Shown piece by piece: positions 25,301 through 37,689 of a stretch of DNA of 64,000 nt. Origin of the DNA: Torpedo marmorata (taxonomy: Eukaryota). Each line of letters starts with the position of its first letter. Positions within the stretch are counted from its first letter, which is position 1. The stretch is from positions 47,554,001 through 47,618,000 of the forward strand of contig OZ360231.1 in NCBI GenBank assembly GCA_977017645.1. Reading direction: 5' to 3'. The translations under genes were made by a program, and so were the position numbers. The notes under the pieces are model-generated. The model was not told the DNA's origin and made no database searches. It was given only the letters and a program-made list of their open reading frames with translations.

Positions 25301-26796
25301 AGTAACTTGCGCCTTCTCTTGTTTCATTTCAGATTTCCAACAGCTGCAGCATTTTTTTCCAGCTTATGCATATGGACACAGGCTTCAACCTCTGAGGCAC
25401 AAACGTTTCACTGGATATTGGAATTTAATGTAAATATTACAATGTGTTCCCTGCCCGTTTGAACTCTGGATTCTTATTTCAAGGCCTGCTTGAAAATTTC
25501 TTTGGATGTGGTGTTGGCTGTTTCCCAGTGAGAAATGAACATTGTTCTCGCTGCATTTGGACAACATGGATGACAACGGAGAGTGAGGCTTGTCAGGCCT
25601 GCAAATCTGCACTGACTAACTCACTTACACTGGCAGAAAAAAGGGTACATTCTAAATAAAATTTATTCAACACATTCATCAAAAGATATTTGTCAAACAA
25701 TAGTTTTTCAAAAATACTTTTCTATAAAAATGCAAGAACATCTACAAAAGCATTCTCCATTGATTTCTAAATGACATCCAAATAGTTGTGACAAGAGATG
25801 GGCACATCCTCCTCTCCTTAAACATGGTGGGTGAGAATGGGGTGCATGGTGACATTATGGCAATATTACCTTGAATAGCACACGATGAATGTATATCACT
25901 GAATCATAGGTTTAAGACATACTATCACAGACCTGCTTCATTTGTAAACTTACTCAGTTCAGAATGATCCAACAGTAGCAATTAGCAGTTGTAGCATGAA
26001 ATCAATGCTCTGAGTCCCAGAGTAATATTTCTGCACCAAAAACCTAATACATCTAGTTAAAACCTGCTCTACCTTAATCATAAACGATTCCAGATCTATC
26101 TGCACTATTGAAATATCACTTTTTATCTTGCACTAACTATAACTGAGAATATTTATCCTTTTATATTTATTATCTCTTTCTGTCTTGGCATATTGTGGTG
26201 ATTTAATTTATATTAATGTAGTTGGTGCATCTTGTGTACCTGTGTGGCTACAGCAAGTGAGAATTTTGGTTCGTCTTTACATTGTACTTATATATGTGAC
26301 AATAAACTCTTATCATCATCAGTTACTTTTCTTACATTCTACATCAGGAATCATTCTTAAACTTCTAGATTGTCAATTTCATTCATCAATCCAAAGAAAA
26401 GTTGCATGTGGAAAATCAGAAGGTCTTTTGGTAGTCAAAAGTTAAACTCAAAAAATCAGATAAAGCAGATTCCAATTTTATCAGATAGAGACTGGCTCCT
26501 CTAAGTTAGAAGCAGCTGTCAAGGCATTATTTCAAATAATACTGGCTTCTTCAATCTTCACATTTTACTGAGCTCTTTCATTCATTGACTGTAACATGGT
26601 ATCTGCAACGTTGAATTGTCTTCCTCGCTGCCACTTCTTTATTTTCTCTTCACTGCAATGCAAACATTGCAACACCACTTACACAAGGTTGGTATCGGGT
26701 ATTTTGGAATTTTGTTGGTCCCATTGCCTTTTCTAATTGCTGTGATCTAGTTGATGAGCATTTATTTCTGTGTAAACTATAAAGCCTATTGTCCTT

Positions 26797-27050
26797 TTTA
26801 AAAATTTAACATACGGCACAGTAACAGGCCATTTCGGCCCACGAGTCCGTGCCACCCAATTTACACCCAATTAACCTGCAACCCCCGGTACGTTTCGAAC
26901 GGTGGGAGGAAACCGGAGCCCCCGGGGAAAACCCACGCAGACACGGGGAGAACGTAGCAACTCCTTACAGATGGCGCGGGATTCGAACCCCGGTCCAGAT
27001 CGTTGGCGCTGTAAAGGCGTTGCGCTAACCGCTACGCCAACCATGCCGCC
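26797..27050 (-). mobile_element. tRNA-derived V-SINE (HE1-like) with CR1-type tail
   Basis: A box tggcgtagcggttag, B box ggttcgaatcc, V domain gcgtgggttttccccgg..tccggtttcctccca and tail gggccgaaatggcctgtt. Confidence 0.88.
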
Positions 27051-27144
27051 TAAATATGGTGCAACACCTACGGTTGGATTTTTAAAAAAAGAATCTGTTG
27101 CAATGCCCAGGATCATCTAAATCCTCCTCAATGCTTAAGTCAAA

Positions 27145-27364
27145 TTATTCATCTTCTGCATTTGTAACATAAGAATAATTGATAGCTTCCTCTTGCTGTG
27201 CACTGGAATCACTTCTCAATTTAAGTGAACTGATTTTTAGGCCATCACAGGGCAGTGGCATTACATGACGTAATGAAGTCCACTTCCATCGTCATTGGTC
27301 ACTGATGTCAGTCTTACACCAGTAGAAATGTCATCATCGTTTCTCTGCTTTTCACGTCCATCAC
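27145..27364 (-). pseudogene. ROS1-like: Damaged terminal coding exon of a ROS1-like receptor tyrosine kinase
   Basis: Frame A reads (G)DGREKQRNDDDISTGVRLTSVTNDDGSGLHYVM*, resembling ROS1 GEDGD..SDDIMPVALMETKNREGLNYMVL. After a 1-nt shift, frame B reads VMPLPCDG..EEAINYSYVTNAEDE*, resembling GLNYACLTH. The polypyrimidine tract ends in tg, not ag. Confidence 0.7.
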
Positions 27365-27498
27365 CAGGACACAAACAGAAGTTTATAAGACATGAAAATA
27401 GAATAAACAAACTAAAAGAATAAATTTTAAATCTGACATGAAAATAGAATAAACTAAAGTGCATGGCAGGCTATAAAAGAAACATCCAGGATAAATAG

Positions 27499-27773
27499 CA
27501 CTGGACAACGAAGATTTTGCTTCCTGAACACTTTTGAGTGAATTTTATGAACGAAAATCAGCAGCAAAACATTTTAGGTCAGTTGAACTAACGCAACGTG
27601 TCAGCATCATTATGCGATTAAACATGCTGAATTCAATGTTAATTTAATGTTTCTCCAACTTCCTACGTGATACAGCAAATCTGAAATTATCTTTGTGTTC
27701 AGCTTGAAGTTGTCTATCATAATCCTCTGTTTTTTTCAGGAAGCAATGTTTTGAAAAAAATTGTTGTCCAGTG
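27499..27773. mobile_element. Chapaev3 (CMC) non-autonomous MITE
   Basis: Termini CACTGGACAAC...GTTGTCCAGTG with flanks tag/taa. The internal sequence matches the element at 61685-62890. Confidence 0.75.
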
Positions 27774-29074
27774 TAATTAGTTATTCTAGAAACAAAAAAT
27801 ACAGCAGATACTGAAAGTTTACTATTCTATTATTTCATGTTACAGTATTATAATCTTACTATTTATAATCTTTGCAATATAACCTGGTATAAATAACCAT
27901 TCATTGGAACCATTCATTTGCACTTGTTGTTGAGCAATAAAGGTCACATACATTGACCAAGAAGGCATCAATTAAAATTTATTTTAAACGACATCTTTAA
28001 TCAAGACTTATTAAACATTACCACGTTAAACAGAACATGCAAGAACGGCCTAATACAAACCGAGAAATTGATTGAACCTCTGGTACAGTTTCCCCTTTCC
28101 AAGGATAACTGCATTCCCCTAACACCTACCATCATGTGAATGGATGTGGGCTGAATAAGGCAAAATCAATTGACTTAATAATTCACACTCAAAAAATACT
28201 CAATAACTGTTGCGCCTAATTATACATCAGGGCCAACGTTTTTCATTTTCTGATAACTATGAAAGCCATTATGTCCGTAGTAAGTAAACACTTCTGAAAT
28301 AGTTATGCTGCAAGTAGAAACAACACCTACTGGAAATATGTAAAATAGATAGATCACAATGTTAGTCAACGTCCAAAACTGACTAGGCATTTAGCTATAC
28401 TTACAGGGCAGAACATGTATTCAGCAGATGGAAGATGCCCACTATCAGTTTATTTCAAGTGAGTGCAGATTATTGCCTGACAGATGCATTTTTGTTGTGC
28501 TGTGATTCTATAAGAGTTTGTACATTTACAGAGTTGATTTGAGTTGCAGAAATGCAAAGAGTGATGCAAGGGTCTTTTTGCTGACTTGCAGATTTTTTTG
28601 CACAAACTAGTTGTTGTGAAGTACAAAGTGAATTTACAGAAAACTCTGCTTTAAAGTGTGGAATGGGTCAATAGGGCACATTATTGGCAATAATGCTGAA
28701 CACAAGATTCAAATGTCAGCTCCAAAGGCCAGTTTACCCATTAAATAAAACAAATCAGATTAATTTGTGATTTGTGGATGGAGAGACAGATAGATGTGCC
28801 TAGACATGGGAACATAAGCAGACATTCCCTTATGAGTGCACCGTAACTGGGAGAAAAGTGTGCAGAGCTAGAAGAGTGGCTGTAAGAGGACAGAGAGCTC
28901 ACAGCTGTAACCCCAAACACCCACATGCTCAGATAGTAATTCCCTTCCCTTAGTCTCAGCAAGGGGCAATCTGACAGGTGACCGATTCCATCAGAATGGC
29001 CTCATCAATCCCACGTGAATCAAAATTCTCCTGACATTCTACCAATTTCCTCAGATTCTGCTATTCACCTGCAC

Positions 29075-29245
29075 ACCAGGAACACTTTGTAATGGCCATT
29101 TAATCTACTGACCCACGCATCGTTGGGATGCAAGAGGAAACTGGAGTACCCAGGGAAAGCCATTCTGTCACAGGGAGAAAGTGCAAACTCCACACAGACA
29201 GCACCCAAGGTGGTCAAGATGGACCCCAGGTTGCAGGAACTTTGT
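29075..29245 (-). mobile_element. Older V-SINE copy
   Basis: ggtgctgtctgtgtggagtttgcactttctccctgtgac..gggtactccagtttcctc on the - strand (V domain). Confidence 0.7.
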
Positions 29246-29379
29246 TGAGGATTCTCATTTCTCAAGTTTCAATCTAACAGCTTCAGCAAATGCAAACATA
29301 AAAGGTCAGGCTGGCTGAAGGTGACCTCAGCTCAGTATTTCTGACTATTCATGGTAATTTTTCACTTTACCTTTCACTC

Positions 29380-30260
29380 TCTTACTTATCATGAATCTAT
29401 CGACCCAGCCTTAAGAATACTCAAGGACTCTGTCCCCATGTCTCTTAAGGGAAAGAGTTCCAAAGAGTCACGACCCTCTTGTCAGAAAAATTCCCCTCAA
29501 CTCTTTCTTAACCCTTTGGACTCTGGCCATTTTTAACCTTTCATAATATATACTCCAGACTGGGTCCATGGGTAAACCGGAGTTAGTTGATCTGTTCAGA
29601 CACTGATGCCACATTATATCTGGCCAGTCACTGTCCTGTTCATAACCTACATAGTCCTAAATACTCAAACAACAATTTTGAATGTTCTTACCTTTACTTC
29701 CAGTACTTTTTCTTGTTGTGGAACTTGGCGAAGCTGCTGTTTTTACCCCAAACTTTGCAAAGATACACTTTACAGTATGAACACCAGTATGAACCAGCTG
29801 GTGGTTGGGTATAAAACCAGTCCCGGTAAACCGGGACACGGAGTATATGCGCTTGTTGGTAGTCCCGGAAAACCAGGTCACAAAGTCCAAAGAGTGAAAT
29901 GTCTGACTCTCTATATTTAAACAATAACCACAAGTCTAATTCTTCATCCTCTCCACATCTACCTGACAAGACCCCTCAGAAATTCATATGTTTCAGTCTC
30001 CTAAATGCAGGTGAATACGAGCCTGGTCTGTCCAACCTTTCCAAAGAAAATGTGTGCATTCCAGACAAGCAGTCTCTGAACTGTTTTCAACACATTAATA
30101 TCCTTCCTTAGATAGGAGATCAATACTGTACACAGTAATCCAGATGTGGTTTCATCAATGCTCTATATTTCTGAAGCACAATCTCTCTACTTTATATTCT
30201 GCTCTTCTAACAATAAACAAAAACATCAGCTTTCCTAAATACTGGCATACTTGTCTTTTG
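29380..30260 (-). mobile_element. Decayed CR1 LINE interrupted by an unrelated insert (about 29535-29965)
   Basis: CR1-like 3' sequence (gagttccaaagagtcac..; ggagatcaatactgtacacagtaatccagatgtgg) lies on either side of a segment with repeated ccggtaaaccgg-like motifs. Confidence 0.5.
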
Positions 30261-30845
30261 TGAAACATTAGTTCTATTGTTCTCTCTCAACAGATGCTGG
30301 CTGACCTGCTGAGTATTTCCAGCATTTTTTGTTTTTATCTCAGAGCTCTGGGATCAACCATGTTTTGGTTTTTCATTTAAAACTATATTTATCATTGTGT
30401 AAACAGGTAACATGAACCTTCTAATAGCACTTTAATTCAAAGTCACAAATATCGTACCTCCTATATCCCATTGGTGCTAAAGTGACATAATTCAACATGT
30501 TAGAATAAATCATCACCCTTTAAAAAAAATGTAATAGAACATTTGTTTCTTATGAAACAGATTTGTTTTTGCTAAATCCTGTGGTATCTCTGCAGACTTT
30601 GAATATGATGTTGACCTTGTAGTCTGTTTTTAAATAGGTTTAAGTAAAAACACAGAGATGCTGGAGGAACTCAGCCGGTCTCACAGCATCCATGAGGTAA
30701 AATAGGTTTGCTCAGTCAATGTATGGTTGAACTCAACTTGAATATTCATGTATAATTAAACAGCCAAAATTAAATAAAAATAAAGAAACAAATTCCACAT
30801 GACACCATTCAAACATCTACTTCTGTTCAGAGTTGTAGAACAGTT

Positions 30846-31075
30846 CAAATCAAGTCAAGTTTATTATCATCTGATTGTACAAGTACAACCTGACGAAACA
30901 GCGTTCTCCGGTCCTCGGTGCAAAACATGCAGACACACAACCAGACATAACACACATACAGACAAATAATACATATGCAGGACAAGTATTATATCTATAA
31001 AAATAAATAAATAAATAAATAAATAGATAGATATTGTTTTGTACAAATGAGAGTCTCGGATGTTTAGTGTGGCCA
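30846..31075 (-). mobile_element. Rex1-type LINE 3' UTR/tail
   Basis: Closely matches the tail of the element at 24763. Confidence 0.8.
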
Positions 31076-31550
31076 CTGTTTGGCTTGCCAGGCGGGAGGT
31101 CACTGCAAATGGCCTCTCCTACATTACTGCATCCGTAGCAACACCTTCTCGTCGGTGCCCCCCGTTTTCACTGAGTTTGCTACGTCATGGCGCAACCGAG
31201 TGTCCGGCGGTATAACTGGATGGGTAGGCTGGGCTTGTTAGCCTTGGTTGGCAGCCAGCCTAAGAGAAGGAAAACTCTGATTTCAAACCCGGGCAGATGG
31301 GGCACGTTAGCCTTGTCAGGCCATCCATCTAGGAGAAGGACAATCTGACGTAACACCTACGACCCGAGGACCTGGCTGTTACCGTCCCAGCTTGATCGGC
31401 CGTGGCAGATAAACCCCTGGTGTAAAGGGTGGGGCCAGTACTGCGCACACTGCACTCCACCTAAAAAATCCATTGCGCAGGCTCGAAGGACATGCCCATG
31501 TCTACGATCCTTCCTAAATCTTCATTCGCGAAGCCAAGCCATGATGATGA
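31076..31550 (+). mobile_element. Probable RTE-related non-autonomous retroposon
   Basis: Two copies of an RTE 5'-UTR-like motif (ggcagccagcctaagagaaggaaaactctg; ggccatccatctaggagaagga) and an (atg)n tail. The family assignment is from memory. Confidence 0.45.
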
Positions 31551-32745
31551 CTTCCAAATATGTTAAAGCTTCCCCATAGGTTGATTCCCTGAAATCATGT
31601 TCATTGTTCGAAGACTCCCAGTGAATGTCATTGATGCCATATTCTGCTCAATGGCAGAACACAGGACAAACAACTGACGCTTGATACCACTGCCCAGCTA
31701 TAATTCCACACACGCCAATTTCTGGCAACTTGTAAAACTTGTTTGGAAGTCAGGACAATTAAACATCTAAGACATGTACCACAGTGTGAGGTCATTCACA
31801 GAGACCCTCATGAAAACTTTGTCTTCAAGTCAGATATCCTCTCTGGATTCAGACAACTATAACAGGCTACTGAGATGGCAGTGACCTCCTACGGGATTGG
31901 TCATCTTGCTCGTAGAATCCCCTGACCTGTCATTGCAAAGGCAATTTCTCCATTTTTTTCCCCACTGTCCACAATAATCTGAGAGAATTCAACATCAAAA
32001 CCTATTTTTCTATTTCATACTTTCCTCTTCAACACCCAACCTAAATGTAACAAAATTCTGATGCCTCAGCATTAATTATTTTACTTTACAATTTCTAATC
32101 TCAGCTAAATCATGAGAAATGTATTCAAGATCATAAAAGAATAAATCCAATTTTTAAAAGCTTATTTTTTCCATTGGTTTCAATTGAATAAAAGTATATC
32201 ATGTCATTATGTCATCAGACAGATGACATACTCAATTGATTTACGACTCGGGAAGATGAAAATTTACCTGGTCTCCATCTACACGAATTTGTATGGCAAA
32301 CACTTTCTCCCTCTAGCAATACTTTCCCAATCCACATCTATTTTTTTTTATCTAGATGTACATCTGGTTAACCCTGCCATTCCTCTCTTTTGCTTGGTGT
32401 TTATTGTGCTTTCGTTTCTCATCCGAGGTTCTGAAGGGAGCTGTTAGAATGGAGTGGCACTTCACAGAGAGGTTTCCAGCCCAAGGATTACTGAGGGTAG
32501 TCATACTGTGGTGATGATTCAAATGTTAAGAGTAATAAGGGATTTAGGTTATTGCAGCAACAGTAGAGAAAGTGATTCCTTCCAACAAGTTTGAGGCATT
32601 GACTTTCATTGGAAAAGGTAGTTCAGCAGAATCATCAAATGGATTACATGTCACCAAAGAATAACTGGGTAAAGATGAAAATGGGACAAATTTTACAGAG
32701 CAGGAAAAGGTGAGGTGGAAATAGAAATTGACTCACAGATCTAAA

Positions 32746-32893
32746 GATTACTTTGATGAAGGGCTCAAGCCCGAAACGTCGGTAATGTATTTCTACCTTT
32801 GCTACATAAAATACACTGTTTGACCTGCTGAGTTTCTCCAGCATTTGTGTTTTTTACTTCAACCACGGTGTCCACCGATTTTCGTGATTTACT
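32746..32893 (+). mobile_element. Penelope-like terminal repeat with a minimal hammerhead-like motif
   Basis: attact TTGATGA a gggct-ca-agccc GAAA C GTC ggtaat, followed by tgacctgctgagtttctccagcatt. Confidence 0.65.
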
Positions 32894-33088
32894 TTTAAAG
32901 ATTAACAATGCAGTATTTTAGACATTTCCAAACGGTAAAGATTTATACATAAAACGTGACTCCTTGAATATCCAAATTGCTCACTATAAATGAAGGCTAT
33001 AAAAAAACTAAAGGTGAAGGGAAGAGGATTGCAACTGACAGAAGTGATAAAAATGGGAGGTTGAGAGATTGCAAGTCATAAACAGAAA

Positions 33089-33323
33089 TAGCGATTAGTG
33101 CAATGCTATTACAGCGCCAGCGACCCAGGTTCGAATACGACGCTGTCTGTAAGGAGTTTGTACATTCTCCCTGTGTCTGCGTGGGTTTTCCCTGGGTGCT
33201 CCGATTTCCTTCCACTCTTCAAAATATACGGGGGTTGTAGGTTAATTGGGGTATTTGGGCGGTGCAGGCGCGTGGGCCGGAAGGGCCTGTTACCGTGCTA
33301 TATGTCTACATTTAAATTTAAAT
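33089..33323 (+). mobile_element. V-SINE (HE1-like)
   Basis: Same family as the copy at 26797: B box ggttcgaat, V domain, CR1 tail and (tttaaa)n end. Confidence 0.85.
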
Positions 33324-35444
33324 TCTCTTTTCCCCAGTATCCATGCTTAGTCTTGTAGATTCCAGGCAGACACCATCCATTTTAAGTGAAATTTATTTTG
33401 TTCCACTAATACAGGTAATTTTAATCTCATTGTTATCAATTTCTCTGCAAAGGGAATTTGCCCTTTTTGTTTAACCTGTCTTGGCTCTCATAATTTTACA
33501 TAGTTCCTTATAATACAACCCCACCTTAACCAAGCTCCTGTCCTGACAACATCCTCATTAATCTCTCCAACCTCTGTGGAGCCAACACCTCCTCCAGTCA
33601 TTATGAACTGAGAGGAAACAGTCCAGCTGTATCACAAGTGTACTGAAATTCACACGTCTCATAGTCTGTACCTTGATCACGAATGACAAGTAACCTGCTT
33701 GCCTTCTTACCTGTCACCTTATCCACATTTTCTGTTTTCTTCAGAGACACCTCTGCTGCTCTATTTCTTACTTCCCGATTGCTTATCGGGCACTCCCTTC
33801 CCCAAATCATTACCTCATGTTCCTCCAGACTTAGTGGCATTGGCTCTTTTTGTGACTGGAAATTTCTTCCGTGTTATTAATCACACTGATTTGTTGATAT
33901 CATCAGCAAATTTCTTAATCGATGGCCTCCATATTTAAATCTGAATCACTGACACATCCAATGAAAAATAATGTTCCTGGTGCTGTGCCCAGGGAAATCA
34001 AAACTCTGGTCACAACGTTCTGATTGACCATTCCCCTTGGCTTTTCCCCACTGAACCAATGTTTTGTCCACCTGGTCACCTTGGGCTTGTACTTTCCAAA
34101 ATCAATCTGCCTCAAGGCTCCCTTTCTACCGAACAGCAACCAGTAATGAATTAAAATCCAAGCATATAGCAAGCATTACTAATGTTCCAGTAAAATTTCT
34201 CCCATTATCATCTGGTTTGCTCCATCTCCATTACATTTATTCCTTATTCTTCCATTTACTTAGTCCCTTGGGTTCAAAGGTGATCTGTCTCCACTCCAGT
34301 ATTGTGGAATCTATGGTGACTGATGAGACTCACGTGGGACCTGCAGACTGCACCACAGGTGCTACTTGACAGGGCAGATGTTAATTCCTGATTGGAGCCC
34401 TCCCAGCATGTGGTAAAGTATTCCATAACACCACCTGCCCAAGGCTTGCTTTGGCTAAGTGCTTTCAAGTTGTTCCTTCTTTTTAAAGCAATTAAACAAC
34501 TTCAGGCTCATTTCTACACATACTCAGGAATGCTAGATTTAATTTCAATACATCCAAAGTATTCTATCAATACAGCTAGTTTATTTATAATATATTCTCC
34601 ACTGTTTTTTTATTTGGTTTTCAAACCCTCGAAGGCTTCTAGAAATGGAATATGAAACTCTAATTACACTGCATAATTTGAAACATTTCATCCATCCCAC
34701 CCCATCAGCTCATGTGTTCCTTCCCCTCCAAATCCTGTCTTCTCCCCATCCAACCCCTATGTTCTCCCCCCATTTCCCTTTCCTCGTACAGTTTAGGATC
34801 TGTGAGCACTTGCAAAAACAGTAATGAAAACACTACTCTCAGCCAAATAACTAAAATAGAAACATTACTTGCATTTTTCAAATAGTTCCTCTATTCATAA
34901 GAAAATATTAGGCATAGTGCATCACTTCTAGAGGCAATCGAACTGAATGCACAAATATAACATTACTTTTGCAACTCATGAATCACAAGGTTTTTACATC
35001 TGTTCAGCATGTCGTGCTCTTCAATCATTTGACTGTAGTTATGCCATGTGCTTCCAGAATTCACAATGAGATCACTGTCTTCTGGTGTGCACTGGTGGCA
35101 GTCTGTCAAAACTCTAGGTTTATTTTCACGAAAAAGTTTAAACAAAAGTGAAGGCCAAAATTCACAATATCTTTGCCATTCGTCAGCATTAATGTGAAAT
35201 GTTAAAGATGTAGGATCAAAGTACAATGATTTACTTATTTTGCAACTGGTTGTTCTGAAAGTGCTGTTGTCAGTGGCTTCAGTTTCAGATCTTGACAGAT
35301 CCCTGTTTCTAACAGACTTTTGCAGTCTCCATCTATTATTATTCTGAGTGTAATTTGATACCTTCTTCTAATTTAACATGGGTCCCTTCGAAAATGCACT
35401 TGGCTTGATAATAGGGGAAACCATTCATGTACCTCTGGAATCGA

Positions 35445-35800
35445 GTGTTTTGAAGAGGGCGCGCAAAATCGTTGAGGACCCCTATCGCATGCAGCATCTT
35501 CCAGCTGCTCCCGTTGGGAAAGAGATACAGGAGTATCAGAGCCAGAACCACCAGGCTGAGAAACAGCTTCTTCCCACGGGCAGTGATACTGATGAACGAC
35601 TGAAGAACTGCTCATACAATCCCTCTGAGACTCTACTATTTATTCAACAATATTTATTTATTGTTTACATATGTGTGTACATACTGCTTATGTATCATTT
35701 GTCTCTATGTGTGTTTTCACGTTTTTGCACCGTGGACTGGAGAACGCTGTTTCATCAGGTTGTACTTGCACCATCAGATGATAATAAACTTGAACTTGAA
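35445..35800 (+). mobile_element. Rex1-type LINE 3' fragment
   Basis: Matches the reverse complement of the 24763 element; ends gataataaacttgaacttgaa. Confidence 0.85.
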
Positions 35801-36552
35801 GTGTTTCATTTCTTCTTGCAACATACACTCTGAGATTTGCTGACATTCCATCAACTCCAATAATATCCATAGTTTTCTGCTCCTTCTTCAAAAGCACTCC
35901 CAATACCCCCATTACTGATTTGATATTGGACTCGAAAAGCCAGGAGACAACAAACACTTTTATGGCAGTGGTCGGAGCTGAACTCAAACTCTGAACCCAG
36001 ACACAGACTGAAACACCACCATGTGAACTTACCCTGCCTCTCAGTTTCATACCAAACCTGATCTGGCAATAGAGTTTGAAACTTCCTGATAGATAGTGTC
36101 GTGGAAAACTTTTGTCAACAAAACAAATCACATAATTACAAAACTTCTATTGGTCAATTTGATTCTTAAGTGAAAGGAAGAAGTGAATATTTGGCATAGT
36201 ATCAAAATTAGATAAAAATGACAACCATAACATGATTAGTAATTGATGGGATTCATATGATATTTTTCATAAAAATATCATTGGAAATCTAATTTCAAAT
36301 AAAATATAACTTTATTGATACAACGGAGCAGATGCTCTGGTGTGGAATGACATTCCAGCAACCAATCTCAAGTTTAATTGGTCTCTTAATGCAAAGTGGT
36401 TCAATCCTTTATTCGAGTGTGATTGCAAAGTCCTTCGTTTAAAACTAAGACAAAACTGATAAGCCGTAAGTCAAGTAAACGTCAATACGAGAAAATCTGA
36501 CAGTCAAACAATGCACACAAAAAGTATTGAATACCAAAGAGAATTTGGACAT

Positions 36553-36802
36553 TGTTAGGGGGAACATGAGGGGGAACTTCTTCACTCAGAGAGTGGTGGG
36601 AGTGTGGAACGAGCTTCAAGCTGAAGTGGTAGATGCGGGCTCGATTTTAACATTTAAGGGAAATTTGGACAGGTATATGGATGGGAGAGGTATGGAGGGC
36701 TATGGACTGAGTGCAGGTCAGTGGGATTAGGCAAGAAAAAGTGGTTCGGCACAGACTAGAGGGGCCGAAGTGGCCTGTTTCTGTGCTGTAATTGTTCTAT
36801 GG
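36553..36802 (+). mobile_element. CR1 LINE 3' end
   Basis: Encodes MRGNFFTQRVVGVWNEL..TFKGNLDRYM, followed by the tail gggccgaagtggcctgtttctgtgctgta. Confidence 0.88.
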
Positions 36803-37689
36803 TACAGGAGGCAGTGAAATACATGGCCATATTTTTTGCATGCAATTTAAAGTTGCTACTTCATCATTAAATGGTGAATTCTGAAAGATCACAGATCTTT
36901 TCAGGTCACCAGAGAGAATGAGGGAGTTAACATCAATGGAGGAACAGAGAAGAGGTCAAACAGATTGGGGAATGGGGAAGTCAAGGGGAGTCTTTAAGAG
37001 TATTGGATTGGGAATGGTTCTGAGGGCTGTAGCTGTAAAGGACATTAAGAGGACTCAAAATTGTTAGAGGCTGGAGGACACGATGAGGAGCTGAAAGCCA
37101 GAGATTGTTTACTGAGGAGACTAACAACCAGGACACAAAAGTCTTCAGATGCTGGAGTCTGGAGCAAAAAAAAACAGCTGGAGGTATTCAATGGTCTCGC
37201 AGCTTCACATGGAGTTCTACAGCAGGAATAAGGCCCTTCGGTCCAATTGGCCCATGATAACCAAGTGGTCTACCCAAATTAAAACTGGAACTTAGAATAT
37301 TCATTAAATGACCATCCCACTTCACGCATGCCTCCAGAAAAACTGGATGAGACTGCGTTCAAAGTTAAGTGGCCTTGTGTGTGAGATTTTAAAATTTTTT
37401 ACCCCTCTAAACCCATCCAAACCCATTTGATTTTGAATGTCAAAACTCCCCATTAATACAGTTACAGTGTTCTTGATTTTTACATTTTTTTAAAAATCGG
37501 ACAGAATCAAGTGCAAATTTTCAAAAGAAACTAAATATTGACAACTTTTGTGACTTCAGGAATATTTCTACCACTTTATTCATCTGTCTGCAAAGAATTA
37601 TAGGAAATGTTTGTGATTCTCTAATGAAACCAAGGTGGATGTTAGTATGATGTGAATTTTCCATATAAAAGAAGATATGATAGAATCCA

